From: Candidatus Altiarchaeota archaeon
GTDB lineage: Archaea; Altiarchaeota; Altiarchaeia; IMC4; SCGC-AAA252-I15
Direction: 5' to 3'
DNA length: 64,000 nt
Assembly: GCA_043800255.1 (NCBI GenBank)
Contig: JAZDNF010000009.1
Location: forward strand, 96,001-160,000
Within the stretch, counting starts at the first letter, position 1; each line of letters opens with the position of its first letter. Of this stretch, positions 1 to 10,225 are shown piece after piece. The notes below the pieces were generated by a model. That model saw nothing but the letters and a program-made list of their open reading frames with translations, did not search any database and was not told the DNA's origin. A program made the position numbers and the translations under genes.

Positions 1-1
1 C

Positions 2-1945
2 TCCCCAGCTGTCGCCGACCTGGATGACGACGGCTACTACGAGATAATATTCGGATCAAACGACAACGTCTTATACGTCATCAACGCCTCGGGCTGGAAG
101 GTCATGAGGTACACGACCAACGACCCCATCGAATCTACTCCCGCGATTGCAGACCTCAACGGCGACGGGACGCTTGAGATAATAGTGGGGTCGAACGACA
201 GGAGACTGTATGTGCTGAACTATCCGATAGGCGGCAGATGGCTTTACACAACCAACGGTTCTGTCAGGTCATCCCCAGCCGTCGCTGACATCAACGGCGA
301 CGGATCGCTTGAGATAATAGTTGGATCAGACGACGGCAGCGTTTACGTTTTCGGGAGCAGGATGCTGTTCAGGCAGAGCAATGCGACCGCCTACTATCTT
401 CTGGCTGAGGCAGCCTATAAGCAGAAGAAGACGGAGAACGTCAGAGAGTACCTGAACAGATCATTGGCAGCATATGATGACATAAAGGACCGGGCAGGGA
501 TATCGAAGATTAACGCCTTCTACAAGAGGCTGGAAGCGGACGAGTATGCGAACATAGCGCTGGATTTCTACAACAGAAGCGATGTCGAAAACGCGACAGA
601 GTACATAGAGAAGGCTGCGATAATCTACTCGTCCATAAACTATCAGGATGGGATCAACAAGGTCAAGACGCTCCTGCAGAGGTCATACGCAGACGCCGTC
701 TACCTTGATGCCGATTACTATTACAGTATAGGCGACTTCGACAACTCCACATCCTATGCCCAGAGATCAGAGAACATATCGAAGGAGGTGCAATACACTG
801 AGGGAGTCAACCGGGCGTTCAGGCTTGTCAACAGAACACAGAAGCACATGGAAGCTGACGGAATCTACTCGAACGCGATAAGAAGATACTATGAGAGGGG
901 TTACAACGAGTCAATAACAAAAGATTTGGAATACGCGAGGTCGATCTATGTCGAGATAGACTTCGAGCTGGGTTTGAACGCGACAGACCGCCTCATAAAA
1001 AGGATGGACGCTGACAGGTATTACGATGCCAGCGTCCAACAGTACGCTGAGAAGGAGTATGTCGACGCGAAGGACCTGTCAGAGAGCTCAGTCCTGTTGT
1101 ACGAGGAGATAAACTACTCCAATGGCATTGAGAGGTCAAGACAGCTGCTTAATACAACCGAAAGCCACCTGCAGGCTGAGAACTATTATAACGATGCTGA
1201 GAGCCTCTACAAGGCGACGGACTTCATAAGCGCGCTGGAGGACGCCGAGAAGGCGAGGCTGCTTTACTTCCATGTCAAAGATGAGGAGGGGATACTGAAA
1301 TCGCAACTCCTGATACAAAGGTCTGAGGAGAGGATAAACGAAGAGGAGTCCAGGACGCCGAACATGGCCGAGATTGCCGTGATAGTGGTTGCTCTGGCAT
1401 TCGCAGCCCTGCGGGTTAGGAAGTATAGGGCAGTGCACAGGAAACTTAAGAAAGATGATACAAGGCCTAAGGATGCGATAAGCGGAGAGACGCTGGGACG
1501 CAAAATCGTCGAGTCGCTCGACAAAAAGCCTTCTGAGACTGCCGATGCGCAGGAGCCTCAAATGGAGGCCGACCAGAAGGCACGTGAGGCCATTAAGCCA
1601 CCGCCATCCGGGAGAAGGCTCCCCGTTTGGGTCGCCTCATTCTGGACGGAATTGAAGCTGGGTTTCCCAAGGTTAAGGTCTAACCCGCCGAAATTTGGCA
1701 GACCAGGCATGCCAGCCTGGATTGACAGGTTCAAGTATGAAGTGCTGGGCGGTTTCCCAGAATTAAAGCGCAATCCGCCGAAGATTTCAGCCCCTGAGAT
1801 ACCGCCGTGGACTAAGAATTTCTACAAGCTGGCGAAGAAGAAGCTCGCTGGCAGGAGAAAGAGGACCCGCCTTGAGGGGAAGCCATTAGATGAGACGATA
1901 GATGAGATCCTTTCAAAGCACGAGAAAGGGCTTAGGGAACTGTAA
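2..1945 (+). CDS. Membrane-anchored FG-GAP repeat / TPR-like surface protein (5'-truncated by window edge)
   Basis: The frame is open from base 2 (SPAVADLDDDGYYEIIFGSNDN...). Repeated S(T/S)PA(I/V)AD(L/I)NGDGxLEIIVGS FG-GAP units are followed by Tyr/Ala-rich helical repeats, one TM (IAVIVVALAFAAL) and a basic tail. Confidence 0.8.
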   Translation, partial: SPAVADLDDDGYYEIIFGSNDNVLYVINASGWKVMRYTTNDPIESTPAIADLNGDGTLEIIVGSNDRRLYVLNYPIGGRWLYTTNGSVRSSPAVADINGDGSLEIIVGSDDGSVYVFGSRMLFRQSNATAYYLLAEAAYKQKKTENVREYLNRSLAAYDDIKDRAGISKINAFYKRLEADEYANIALDFYNRSDVENATEYIEKAAIIYSSINYQDGINKVKTLLQRSYADAVYLDADYYYSIGDFDNSTSYAQRSENISKEVQYTEGVNRAFRLVNRTQKHMEADGIYSNAIRRYYERGYNESITKDLEYARSIYVEIDFELGLNATDRLIKRMDADRYYDASVQQYAEKEYVDAKDLSESSVLLYEEINYSNGIERSRQLLNTTESHLQAENYYNDAESLYKATDFISALEDAEKARLLYFHVKDEEGILKSQLLIQRSEERINEEESRTPNMAEIAVIVVALAFAALRVRKYRAVHRKLKKDDTRPKDAISGETLGRKIVESLDKKPSETADAQEPQMEADQKAREAIKPPPSGRRLPVWVASFWTELKLGFPRLRSNPPKFGRPGMPAWIDRFKYEVLGGFPELKRNPPKISAPEIPPWTKNFYKLAKKKLAGRRKRTRLEGKPLDETIDEILSKHEKGLREL

Positions 1946-1958
1946 TCTGATTCATTAG

Positions 1959-2942
1959 TCAGTATCGCGCCTTCCCCTTAAGCGCTTCGACGTTCTCCGA
2001 GCCTGTCAGGAACATCGCTATCCTGAATTCCTTTAACGTTTTCTGCACGTACTCCCTGACTCCTCCCTTCTTCTTCCTTTCCCATGCCTTCAGCAGCGGC
2101 AGTGCAATCCCAGCGCATGACGCTCCCATCGAAACAGCCTTGGCAATGTCTATCCCGGACCTCACGCCCCCGGAGGCGACTAATGGCATTCCAATGTCCT
2201 TCAGCTGGATTATGCAATCCGCGGTCGGCATTCCCCAGCCTGCGAACGACATGCCGACGTCGTTCCCGCTCCGGTAGCTCTCGACCACGCTCCATGATGT
2301 GCCGCCTACGCCGCCAACGTCTATGGCCGATACTTTCAGTTTCTTGGCGTCGTCTAATGAGACGCCGCTGCCGACGCCCTTCACTATCAGGGGCACGTCC
2401 AGCTTCTTCGCAATCTCGTTTATCTTCTTCGTCAGGCCTTCGAAGTTGGTGTCGCCCTCAGGCTGCACCGCCTCCTGCAGGGGGTTGACGTGCAACGCCA
2501 GCGCGTCGGCGCCTATCATCTCAACCGCTTTCCTGCACTCTTCCAGCCCGTAGCCGCAGTTCAGCTGCACTGCTCCGAGGTTTGCTATCAGGAAGGCACC
2601 GGGAGCGACATCCCTCACACGATAGGTGTCCGCGACCTTAGGGTCTTCCAGGGCCGCCCGCTGGCTTCCGACTCCGAAGCCTATCCCGAACTCCTGAGCA
2701 ACCGCAGCCAAGTCCCTGTTTATCCTCTTTGACATTTTAGTGCCGCCGGTCAACGCCTCGATTATTAGGGGAAATCTGAGGCTCTTGCCCAGGAAACTGG
2801 CTTCCGTGCTTATCTTGTCTAAGTCCAGTTCCGGAAGCTCCGTGTGCGGCAGGCTCACCTTCTCGAAGCCTGCGCTGCCTGCCTCAACGTCCCTGCTGAG
2901 GCATATCCTCAGGTGCTCTGTCTTCCGGTCTGTCGTAGCCAT
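1959..2942 (-). CDS. fni: Type 2 isopentenyl-diphosphate delta-isomerase (FMN)
   Basis: RKTEHL, ALTGG, GVGSQRAAL, HVNPLQEAVQPEGD, GGTSWS and ASGGVRSG motifs. Confidence 0.95.
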   Translation of the reverse strand: MATTDRKTEHLRICLSRDVEAGSAGFEKVSLPHTELPELDLDKISTEASFLGKSLRFPLIIEALTGGTKMSKRINRDLAAVAQEFGIGFGVGSQRAALEDPKVADTYRVRDVAPGAFLIANLGAVQLNCGYGLEECRKAVEMIGADALALHVNPLQEAVQPEGDTNFEGLTKKINEIAKKLDVPLIVKGVGSGVSLDDAKKLKVSAIDVGGVGGTSWSVVESYRSGNDVGMSFAGWGMPTADCIIQLKDIGMPLVASGGVRSGIDIAKAVSMGASCAGIALPLLKAWERKKKGGVREYVQKTLKEFRIAMFLTGSENVEALKGKARY

Positions 2943-2948
2943 TCGTTA

Positions 2949-3938
2949 CTAATAGTTCCTCTCTATTATATAATCAGCCACATCAAGGAGGTTGCTTTTC
3001 GCCTCAGAGTCCTTGAGAACCTTCAGCCTGCCTTTTGCGTCCTCTGTCATGCTCTTGACCATATTCTGGGCGTATTCTATCGCCCCGCTATCAGTTATCA
3101 GTTCTATCGCTTCCCTGACCGCCTGCTCGCTTTTGCTGCTTCTCTCCATGAGACCAATAAGCTGCTTTTTCTCTTTAGCTTTCAGGTTGTTCAGCGCATA
3201 GATGACTAGAATGCTCTTCTTTTTCTTCCTGATGTCGCTTCCTATCGGTTTGCCGAGCTTCTTCTGGTCTGCGATGACGTCCAAGAGGTCGTCGTGCATC
3301 TGGAATGCGGTCCCTATAGAGTCTCCGAAGGATGATAGCGCATTTATCTCCTCTCTCGAGCCGCCTCCGAGTATGGAGCCTATCCTCAGCGACGCATTCA
3401 GCATCACCCCCGTCTTCTTCCGTATCATCTCCATATAGTCGTCGATGCCGATCCGGTCCATGTTCTCGAACATCATGTCAAGTATCTGGCCTTCATGTAT
3501 TTCGGAGTTGGCCCAGTTGAGGACTCCAAGGGCGTCAAGCACCTTGCCGTCTGATATGCCATTCTCCCTCACATCGACGAGAGCCGCATAGGCTTTGGAG
3601 TAGAGCGTGTCCCCGACGATGATTGCCATGTCAACCCCCCATTTGGCGTGCACTGTCGGCTTGCCTCGCCTCTCAAGGTCCCTGTCGACTATGTCGTCAT
3701 GGACCAATGTAAAAGTGTGCAGCAGCTCTATCGATGCAGCCGCAGGAAGCACCTTCATCACGTCTCCGCCGACGGCCTCGCATGCGAGCATCGTAAGCAC
3801 AGGCCGTATCCTCTTGCCGCCAGCCCCGACCGTGTGCTGGAGCATCGTCTCTATCTTCTTGTTCTCGCTTCTCGTGTATTCGAGAAGCACCGGCTGCACC
3901 AGCTCCGCCTTCCTCCTGATGAAATCTCTGACGTCCAT
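2949..3938 (-). CDS. idsA: Geranylgeranyl diphosphate synthase (polyprenyl synthetase)
   Basis: GGKRIRP, first Asp-rich LVHDDIVD..RRG, KT, second Asp-rich FQMHDDLLD, GKPIGSD. Confidence 0.93.
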   Translation of the reverse strand: MDVRDFIRRKAELVQPVLLEYTRSENKKIETMLQHTVGAGGKRIRPVLTMLACEAVGGDVMKVLPAAASIELLHTFTLVHDDIVDRDLERRGKPTVHAKWGVDMAIIVGDTLYSKAYAALVDVRENGISDGKVLDALGVLNWANSEIHEGQILDMMFENMDRIGIDDYMEMIRKKTGVMLNASLRIGSILGGGSREEINALSSFGDSIGTAFQMHDDLLDVIADQKKLGKPIGSDIRKKKKSILVIYALNNLKAKEKKQLIGLMERSSKSEQAVREAIELITDSGAIEYAQNMVKSMTEDAKGRLKVLKDSEAKSNLLDVADYIIERNY

Positions 3939-3957
3939 TGTAAGTTATTGGTAGAAC

Positions 3958-4617
3958 TTAAAATAAACCCTCAAGGACGTGAACGTTGACGACCTCGAGG
4001 GTGTCGACGATCATGTTCGGCTTCTCTTTTTTCAGATGCTCTCTCCTGTGGTTTCCTGTGGTCACTGCTATGACCTTCATCTTCGCCCTCCTGGCGGCCT
4101 GAACTCCGAATGGTGAGTCTTCAAGGACAACGCAGTCTTCTGGCTTTGCTCCTAACCTCTCGGCGGCCTTCAGGAAGATGTCCGGGTTGGGTTTGCCGTT
4201 CTCGACATCGTTGAATGTTGCTATCGCGTCAAAGTACTGCCAGAGGCCTGCGGCTTTCAGCACCAACTCTGTTGTGGACGTATTCGATGATGTGCCGACC
4301 GCGGTTTTGATGCCTTTCTCTCTCAGCTCCTTGAGGAGTTCGCGGACGCCGGGCAGCACTTTAACATCGTCGCCCAGCGTCTGTTCAACAATCCTTGAAC
4401 GTTCCAGCGCCAGCTTCCTCGTGTCAGCCTTGATGTCCTTTTCCTCGAAGAACATGTCCATGATCTGGTCGCCTCTTAGCCCATAACCTTTCATCAGGTC
4501 TTCTGCCGTGAAGTTCAGGTTGAACTGCTCTTCTATGACTCTCTGGAACGCCTTCAGATGGGTTTCGAATATGTCAACGGTCGTCCCGTCCAGGTCGAAT
4601 ATCACAGCCTTCAGCAT
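3958..4617 (-). CDS. HAD-family phosphatase (beta-PGM/CbbY-like)
   Basis: Start corrected to ATG 4617 (MLKAVIFDLDGT); GKPNPDIF and EDSPFG motifs. Confidence 0.88.
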   Translation of the reverse strand: MLKAVIFDLDGTTVDIFETHLKAFQRVIEEQFNLNFTAEDLMKGYGLRGDQIMDMFFEEKDIKADTRKLALERSRIVEQTLGDDVKVLPGVRELLKELREKGIKTAVGTSSNTSTTELVLKAAGLWQYFDAIATFNDVENGKPNPDIFLKAAERLGAKPEDCVVLEDSPFGVQAARRAKMKVIAVTTGNHRREHLKKEKPNMIVDTLEVVNVHVLEGLF

Positions 4618-4683
4618 AGTTCTAAAGTAATCAAAGTACAATATTAAATGCTGTTCCAATCGTCTAAAGTCTTGCTGAGATGC

Positions 4684-6732
4684 TCAGATGAACAGCGGCG
4701 CCAACACCAGCGTGAGGGTGCTGAGCAGTTTTATCAGTACGTGGATTGACGGCCCCGCGGTGTCCTTGAACGGGTCGCCTAGGGTGTCGCCTATGACAGC
4801 AGCCTTGTGCGCGTCGCTCCCCTTCCCGCCGTAAGTCCCCTCCTCGATGTACTTTTTTGCGTTGTCCCATGCGCCGCCGCCCGTGTTAAGCATCAAAGCC
4901 ATCAGTATGCCCGTGATCGTGCTTGTCATCAGATAGGCTCCAACAGCTTCGGCATGCAGCAGTAGGCCGACGATTATTGTCAGGACAACCACGAATACGC
5001 CTGGCAAAACCATCCCCTTCAACGCGGTTTTAGCGCAGATGTCGACGCATTTGGCATAGTCTGGCTTTGCTTTCCCTTCCATAAGCCCTTCAATCTCCCT
5101 GAACTGCCTTCTGACCTCGTTGACAACTTCAAACGCCGTGTTGCTGACCGCCCTTATCGCGAATGATGCGAACAGGAACACCAGCATCGCCCCGAACATG
5201 CCGCCGACGAACACAGGAACCTTTGACAGGTCTATTACCGGAACGCTTCCGGTGTACTTCGCAACCTCGTCCAGATACGCTGAGAACAGTAGGAACGCTG
5301 CCAGAGCTGCTGAGCCTATCGCATACCCTTTTGTCAGAGCCTTTGTCGTGTTCCCGACAGCATCCAACCTGTCGGTTATCTTTCTGAATTTGTCAGCCTG
5401 CCCTGACATCTGGTTTATGCCGCCCGCGTTGTCTGTGATCGGGCCGAAACTGTCCATAGCCAGTATGAAAGCGCACGTGCTCAGCATGCCCATGGTGGCG
5501 ATCGCCGTCCCGTACAGGCCGCCGTTGGATATTCCAGACCACATTCCAAAATCGTAGGCCAGTAGTAATGCTATGCCCAAAACGATTATGGGCAGAGCTG
5601 TTGTCTCCAGCGCGACGGCGAAGCCTGCGATTATGTTTGTGGCGCTGCCTGTCAGAGACGCCTTCGCTATTGACTTTACAGGAGCGTAAGACTGCTCGGT
5701 GTAGTAGACCGTTATCCAGACTATCAGGATTGACGTGATTATTCCCAGCAGCCCGGACATGAAAAACCAGAACCAGTAATCCTTCAACATTACGTACGTT
5801 GTGATCGCAAAGAGCACCGCAGCCAATGCCGCGGTTACGTAGTAGCCCCTGTTCAGCGAAGTCATCGGGTCCTCGTCTTTTTTGTTGTACACCGAGAGTA
5901 TTCCGATTATGCTGGCTACCAGCCCGGACGCCCTTGCCACCAGCGGGAACAGGATTCCAGCGATTCCGAAAATCGGGTACAATGCCACGCCCAGGATCAT
6001 GGCGCCTATGTTCTCAGCAGCCGTTGACTCGAAGAGGTCTGCGCCTCTGCCGGCGCAGTCTCCGACGTTGTCGCCGACGAGGTCGGCTATGACAGCGGGA
6101 TTTCTCGGGTCGTCTTCTGGTATGCCCTGCTCGACTTTTCCGACGAGGTCGGCGCCGACATCAGCCCCTTTGGTGTAGATTCCGCCGCCGAGCTGCGCGA
6201 ACAAGGCGACGAATGACGCCCCGAAGCCGAACCCGACAATCATGAACGGGACCTCTGTGATCGGCAGAGTCAGCGAATAGAGATGGTAGATTATGCTGAC
6301 GCCAAACAGTGACATCGCCACTATTATTATCCCGGAAACTGCCCCGCCCCTCAATGCTATCTTCAGCGCCTCGTCCAGGCTTCTTCTGGATGCTGCCGCA
6401 ACTCGTATGTTCGCCCTGACCGATATCCACATGCCGATGATTCCCGCCAGTCCGGAGCAGAACGCACCGAAGAGGAATGCAATCGCCGTCTTAAAACCGA
6501 AATCAGACTTTCCGATAAAAGCGTATACCGCAATGATTAGGATTCCGACAACCAGCGACATTACCGCTATTGTGGTGTACTGTCTCCTGACAAACGCGTT
6601 CGCGCCATCCTTGATGGCATTAGAGATATCCTGCATCTCCTTGGTTCCGGAGTCCTTTTGGAGAACATGGTAAGCCAGATATCCTGCGAACAAAAAGGAA
6701 AGGATGCTTATCCCAAAGACCAGTTCTAACAA
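4684..6732 (-). CDS. hppA: Membrane-bound ion-pumping pyrophosphatase, K+-independent signature
   Basis: GGIYTKGADVGADLVGKVE, DNVGDCAG, GPITDNAGG, GNTTKA, GDTLGDPFKDTAGP; many TM helices. Confidence 0.95.
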   Translation of the reverse strand: MLELVFGISILSFLFAGYLAYHVLQKDSGTKEMQDISNAIKDGANAFVRRQYTTIAVMSLVVGILIIAVYAFIGKSDFGFKTAIAFLFGAFCSGLAGIIGMWISVRANIRVAAASRRSLDEALKIALRGGAVSGIIIVAMSLFGVSIIYHLYSLTLPITEVPFMIVGFGFGASFVALFAQLGGGIYTKGADVGADLVGKVEQGIPEDDPRNPAVIADLVGDNVGDCAGRGADLFESTAAENIGAMILGVALYPIFGIAGILFPLVARASGLVASIIGILSVYNKKDEDPMTSLNRGYYVTAALAAVLFAITTYVMLKDYWFWFFMSGLLGIITSILIVWITVYYTEQSYAPVKSIAKASLTGSATNIIAGFAVALETTALPIIVLGIALLLAYDFGMWSGISNGGLYGTAIATMGMLSTCAFILAMDSFGPITDNAGGINQMSGQADKFRKITDRLDAVGNTTKALTKGYAIGSAALAAFLLFSAYLDEVAKYTGSVPVIDLSKVPVFVGGMFGAMLVFLFASFAIRAVSNTAFEVVNEVRRQFREIEGLMEGKAKPDYAKCVDICAKTALKGMVLPGVFVVVLTIIVGLLLHAEAVGAYLMTSTITGILMALMLNTGGGAWDNAKKYIEEGTYGGKGSDAHKAAVIGDTLGDPFKDTAGPSIHVLIKLLSTLTLVLAPLFI

Positions 6733-6834
6733 AGTATCACCCCACGACAGCCATGTTCTATTATGACATAGTATGACATAACATATTGTAATGATATTTA
6801 AAAATCACGTTCAGGGAAACTATTCTGGAAAAGA

Positions 6835-8796
6835 TCAGCCCTTTATGCCGAACGATTCTCTGACGTATCTGTCCATCGCCTGCGTGGCAGTCTCATCGGC
6901 GTCGGTTGAACTGGTTATCCTGTCCTTCAGCCCGCTGATGACGTTCGTGAGCTTCTTGTACCCTTTCTCAGCTCTCTCCTTCAGGTTCACGTCGGTTATC
7001 GTCCTGAGTTCAGCTCCTACTGGCCCGGCCTTCAACGCTGCCCTTAGTATGAGCTGCGTCTTTGTCGTAGGCGTCTTAAGCGCATCCCTTAGCTCTGTGA
7101 CGTCCTCACCGAGGGCTTCAAGCCCGTCGGCGACATCCGGGAGAACCTTTGCTAGCTGCTCTATGAACCCTCTCTGCTCGTCAGGCCTCAGCTGCCCGAA
7201 GTAGTCTGCCATCAGCTCCTGCCCCCTTCGCACCTCATCTCTGGTCTTCTCACTCTCTTCTCTCACAACCTCTCTTGTCCTCTCGCCTTCACCTTTACCA
7301 ACCTGCTCGACAGTCCGTCTGGTCTTCTCGCTCTCCAGGGTTATCTGATTGCTTATCTGGTAGAGCTTTTGAAGCAGTTCTGATGTGCCGCCTTCTGAGA
7401 CCGATTCAAGCTTTGATTTGGCGTCCTTCCACATCTGCACGAACCGGCTGGAGTCTTCTAGCACGTAGGACAGGTTCGTGGCCTGCTCGGAGGTTATCTT
7501 GAGCGCGCTCCTGAACAGCTTCGAGTAGGAGTACCCTTTGACACCCTCCGGAGCGTCCGGCATTTCAGCGAGCGATCTCTTCAGTTTTACCGTGAGCGCT
7601 ATCTCATTAGCCCTTGAGGATATGAACCTCTCCTTCACCTCGTCGACTTCAGCGTTCCGGCCTGATTTCTTCATCTCAACGATGTCAGGGTCTACGGAGA
7701 CTATGCCATCCACCGCATCTCGGATGTCATCCTGCCGGACATCATAGCGTAGGGATATTTCCTTTACCATGTCGCCGTAGGGTCTGTCCAGCTTCGCCCC
7801 GAAGTACTGGGGTTCAACGTGTATGCCGAATCTGGTCTTCCCTAATCTTCCAACCGCTGCCGGCCTCTCAGTTATCCTGTGAAGCGACTCGACCTCGCCG
7901 TTCTTCAGCCTGAAGCCGTACTTTGCCGTTCTGCCCTCCTCAGTCACCTCGTGTATTTCCAGGTCGTCCCTCCCTTTTATCGGCATGCTCCCCCTCAGCT
8001 TCGACAGACCATTCTTTCTCATCAGCCTAAGCCATGCGGCGTCTGACTGGCTGACCTCGCCGCCGACTTCCATCCTCCTGTAGTAGTTGTCTTCGGGGGA
8101 GACGATGAACAGGTAGGCGTCGAATGCTGAGCGTATCTTTCCCCCATCCTCGGCCCAGTTCTCTGAGATGCCGGTCACCTCCCCTTCGCTGTTGAATTTC
8201 AGGGCGACCGCTACGTTGCCGGACTTGAAGGGTATCTCCTTCCTGTTGGGAGTGGTCTCGCTCACCGGGAGGTGAGCCAGCAGGTAGCATCCTTGGTCAG
8301 TGTTGATCGGATTCTTGGTGACGTCGGGGTTTATCCTGATGAATCTGAAAGTGTTGATGTCTCCCAGACTGTTGGCGAATCCGTGGGCTGTCAGCTGGGC
8401 GAGAGCTTTCTCAACGCGGGGGTTTATGAAGTCCGGATTGGTGAGAGCCTGATACAGTTCGAGGTTCGAGGTCGCGCTGCCTTGGGGGTAAAGCGACCGG
8501 GGGTGGTTTCTCACTCCCATCATCTTCTGGTCCTTCAGCAGAGCCTCCTCTTCTGAAATCGGGGCGAGAGTTGCCTTGTCTGCTTGCAGGACTCCTAGTT
8601 CTTTTGTCCTGATGTTAGGGTCCTGCGAGAGGTAGTGTTTGAGCCTGTCAGTCGGCATGCGCGGTGATAGAAGTTCCCCGATCGGCTTCTCTGTTATCTC
8701 TCTCAGCAGGCTGGTCAGCTTTCCGACTTCCTCGGCCTGCTCTTCTTTTGGGAGGTCCTTTATTCTGGCGTTCCTGTCAACAGTCCTCTCGGCCAT
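6835..8796 (-). CDS. Hypothetical protein, charged, C-terminal coiled-coil
   Basis: 653-aa ORF with host-like codon usage; no motif recognised. Confidence 0.7.
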   Translation of the reverse strand: MAERTVDRNARIKDLPKEEQAEEVGKLTSLLREITEKPIGELLSPRMPTDRLKHYLSQDPNIRTKELGVLQADKATLAPISEEEALLKDQKMMGVRNHPRSLYPQGSATSNLELYQALTNPDFINPRVEKALAQLTAHGFANSLGDINTFRFIRINPDVTKNPINTDQGCYLLAHLPVSETTPNRKEIPFKSGNVAVALKFNSEGEVTGISENWAEDGGKIRSAFDAYLFIVSPEDNYYRRMEVGGEVSQSDAAWLRLMRKNGLSKLRGSMPIKGRDDLEIHEVTEEGRTAKYGFRLKNGEVESLHRITERPAAVGRLGKTRFGIHVEPQYFGAKLDRPYGDMVKEISLRYDVRQDDIRDAVDGIVSVDPDIVEMKKSGRNAEVDEVKERFISSRANEIALTVKLKRSLAEMPDAPEGVKGYSYSKLFRSALKITSEQATNLSYVLEDSSRFVQMWKDAKSKLESVSEGGTSELLQKLYQISNQITLESEKTRRTVEQVGKGEGERTREVVREESEKTRDEVRRGQELMADYFGQLRPDEQRGFIEQLAKVLPDVADGLEALGEDVTELRDALKTPTTKTQLILRAALKAGPVGAELRTITDVNLKERAEKGYKKLTNVISGLKDRITSSTDADETATQAMDRYVRESFGIKG

Positions 8797-8884
8797 TGTA
8801 CAATGTATATACTAGTCTTTAGAAGATAAAAACCATTCATAAACCCATAGTAACATATGATAAATTGTCCTACTGACACATAAG

Positions 8885-9214
8885 ATGGATGCCAATAACC
8901 TTGAGATTATTCCAGAGGCCATAACCGTGCTAATCGTTGGCAGCGGCCTGCTCTCGAGCATGTACGTGCTCAGGAGGCTTATGGATTTCGAAGACTCAAA
9001 GGAGCAGATCAGGTTTTTTCTTCCCGTGATCTTAGGCATGATCTTGTTCCTGCTGGAGACGGTGGGAAATGCTGCCCACACGTTAGACTCAAACATCCTC
9101 GGCAGCTACGCCAAACTCTGGGAGGACGTTTTCCTGCTGGGAGAGGCTGTCTGCTTCGGGGCGTTCCTTTTCCAGATGAAAAAGGCCTTGATGCCGGCGC
9201 ATCCTGGCGGCTAG
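8885..9214 (+). CDS. Small membrane protein (about 3 TM)
   Basis: Three hydrophobic stretches; first gene of a + strand run ending in mvk. Confidence 0.65.
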   Translation: MDANNLEIIPEAITVLIVGSGLLSSMYVLRRLMDFEDSKEQIRFFLPVILGMILFLLETVGNAAHTLDSNILGSYAKLWEDVFLLGEAVCFGAFLFQMKKALMPAHPGG

Positions 9215-9253
9215 CGGATTTAAATCGTCTGCCTTTTAATATTCTCTCACATT

Positions 9254-10192
9254 ATGGGCTACAGGAAGGTTAAGTCTGTCGCATATCCGGGGCTGCCGGT
9301 CATTTTCGCCGAAGGCTACAGGAAGACCAAGGGCAGGGTATCATATCATGACTCTGTCGGATTGTGCATTACAGACCTGAAGAGGCAGGTCAGGACTGAG
9401 ACTGTCGTTGAGGGCGCTGACGATGGCGTGAGCTTCACTGTGGACGGTGAGGAACTTTCAGGCAACAGGGGCAGGGGCATGCTCAAAATCATCGAAATCA
9501 TGCTCGAGAAGTCAGACTACAGAGGAGGGCTCAACGTAGAGTCCAAAAATCATGGGATACTGACAGGCAGCTCTGACTCGGGAGCTGCTGCACTTCTGAC
9601 AGCCTTGGACTCTTTCCTAGGCCTCAATCTCCCGGATGATGAGCTCCTCGTCATCGGGCTCTGCGGCAGCGAGACCGTCTTCAGGAGCCTCTATGGGGGG
9701 CTCACAGAGTACCGCGTTGGAGGGAGCAAGCCTGAGGCTGAGGTGCTGTCTGAAAGGCTTGGCGTTTCTATTTTCGCAGTCCCGTTCGATGTCGAACGCT
9801 ATCCTGCGGATAAACTCCACAGGAGCGTGGTATCACATCCAGAGTATCCTAGGAGGGAGTCGTCAGTGAGGGAGAGGATAGACACGCTTAAGGCTTACGT
9901 TCGAAAAGGCAACGTCGTCGGAGTCTTACAGTTGATGGAAGACGACGCGAGAGACTGCCACAGGATGTTCACCGAGACAGGCCATGAGGTGATAAAGCCA
10001 GAAATGCAGGAGCTCTGCGACCACGTTGAAAGCCTGAGGAAGAAGGGCCTGAACTCCTACTGGAACGTCTCGGGCGGCAGCGTCGTGTACGTCTTCTGCC
10101 CTGCTGATGAGGGTGAGAAGGTCGCTGGAGAGTTAGGCGGCAGGTGGAAGTGCGCCCAATACAAAACTGCTGTAGCGTCTAGGATTATTTAA
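9254..10192 (+). CDS. GHMP-fold mevalonate-3-kinase-like protein (diphosphomevalonate decarboxylase homolog lacking the catalytic Asp)
   Basis: AYP start motif, GILTGSSDSGAAA P-loop, GSETVFRSLYGGLT and VSGGSVVYV (in place of the decarboxylase DAGPN) match the Thermoplasma Ta1305-type pattern as recalled. Confidence 0.75.
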   Translation: MGYRKVKSVAYPGLPVIFAEGYRKTKGRVSYHDSVGLCITDLKRQVRTETVVEGADDGVSFTVDGEELSGNRGRGMLKIIEIMLEKSDYRGGLNVESKNHGILTGSSDSGAAALLTALDSFLGLNLPDDELLVIGLCGSETVFRSLYGGLTEYRVGGSKPEAEVLSERLGVSIFAVPFDVERYPADKLHRSVVSHPEYPRRESSVRERIDTLKAYVRKGNVVGVLQLMEDDARDCHRMFTETGHEVIKPEMQELCDHVESLRKKGLNSYWNVSGGSVVYVFCPADEGEKVAGELGGRWKCAQYKTAVASRII

Positions 10193-10225
10193 TATCCCTG
10201 ATCTAATCTCTAAAATCGGTGGTTT

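Noticed and set aside
9254-10192. Annotation as diphosphomevalonate decarboxylase (mvaD)
   Set aside because: The catalytic Asp (DAGPN) and IKYWG Lys motifs are absent
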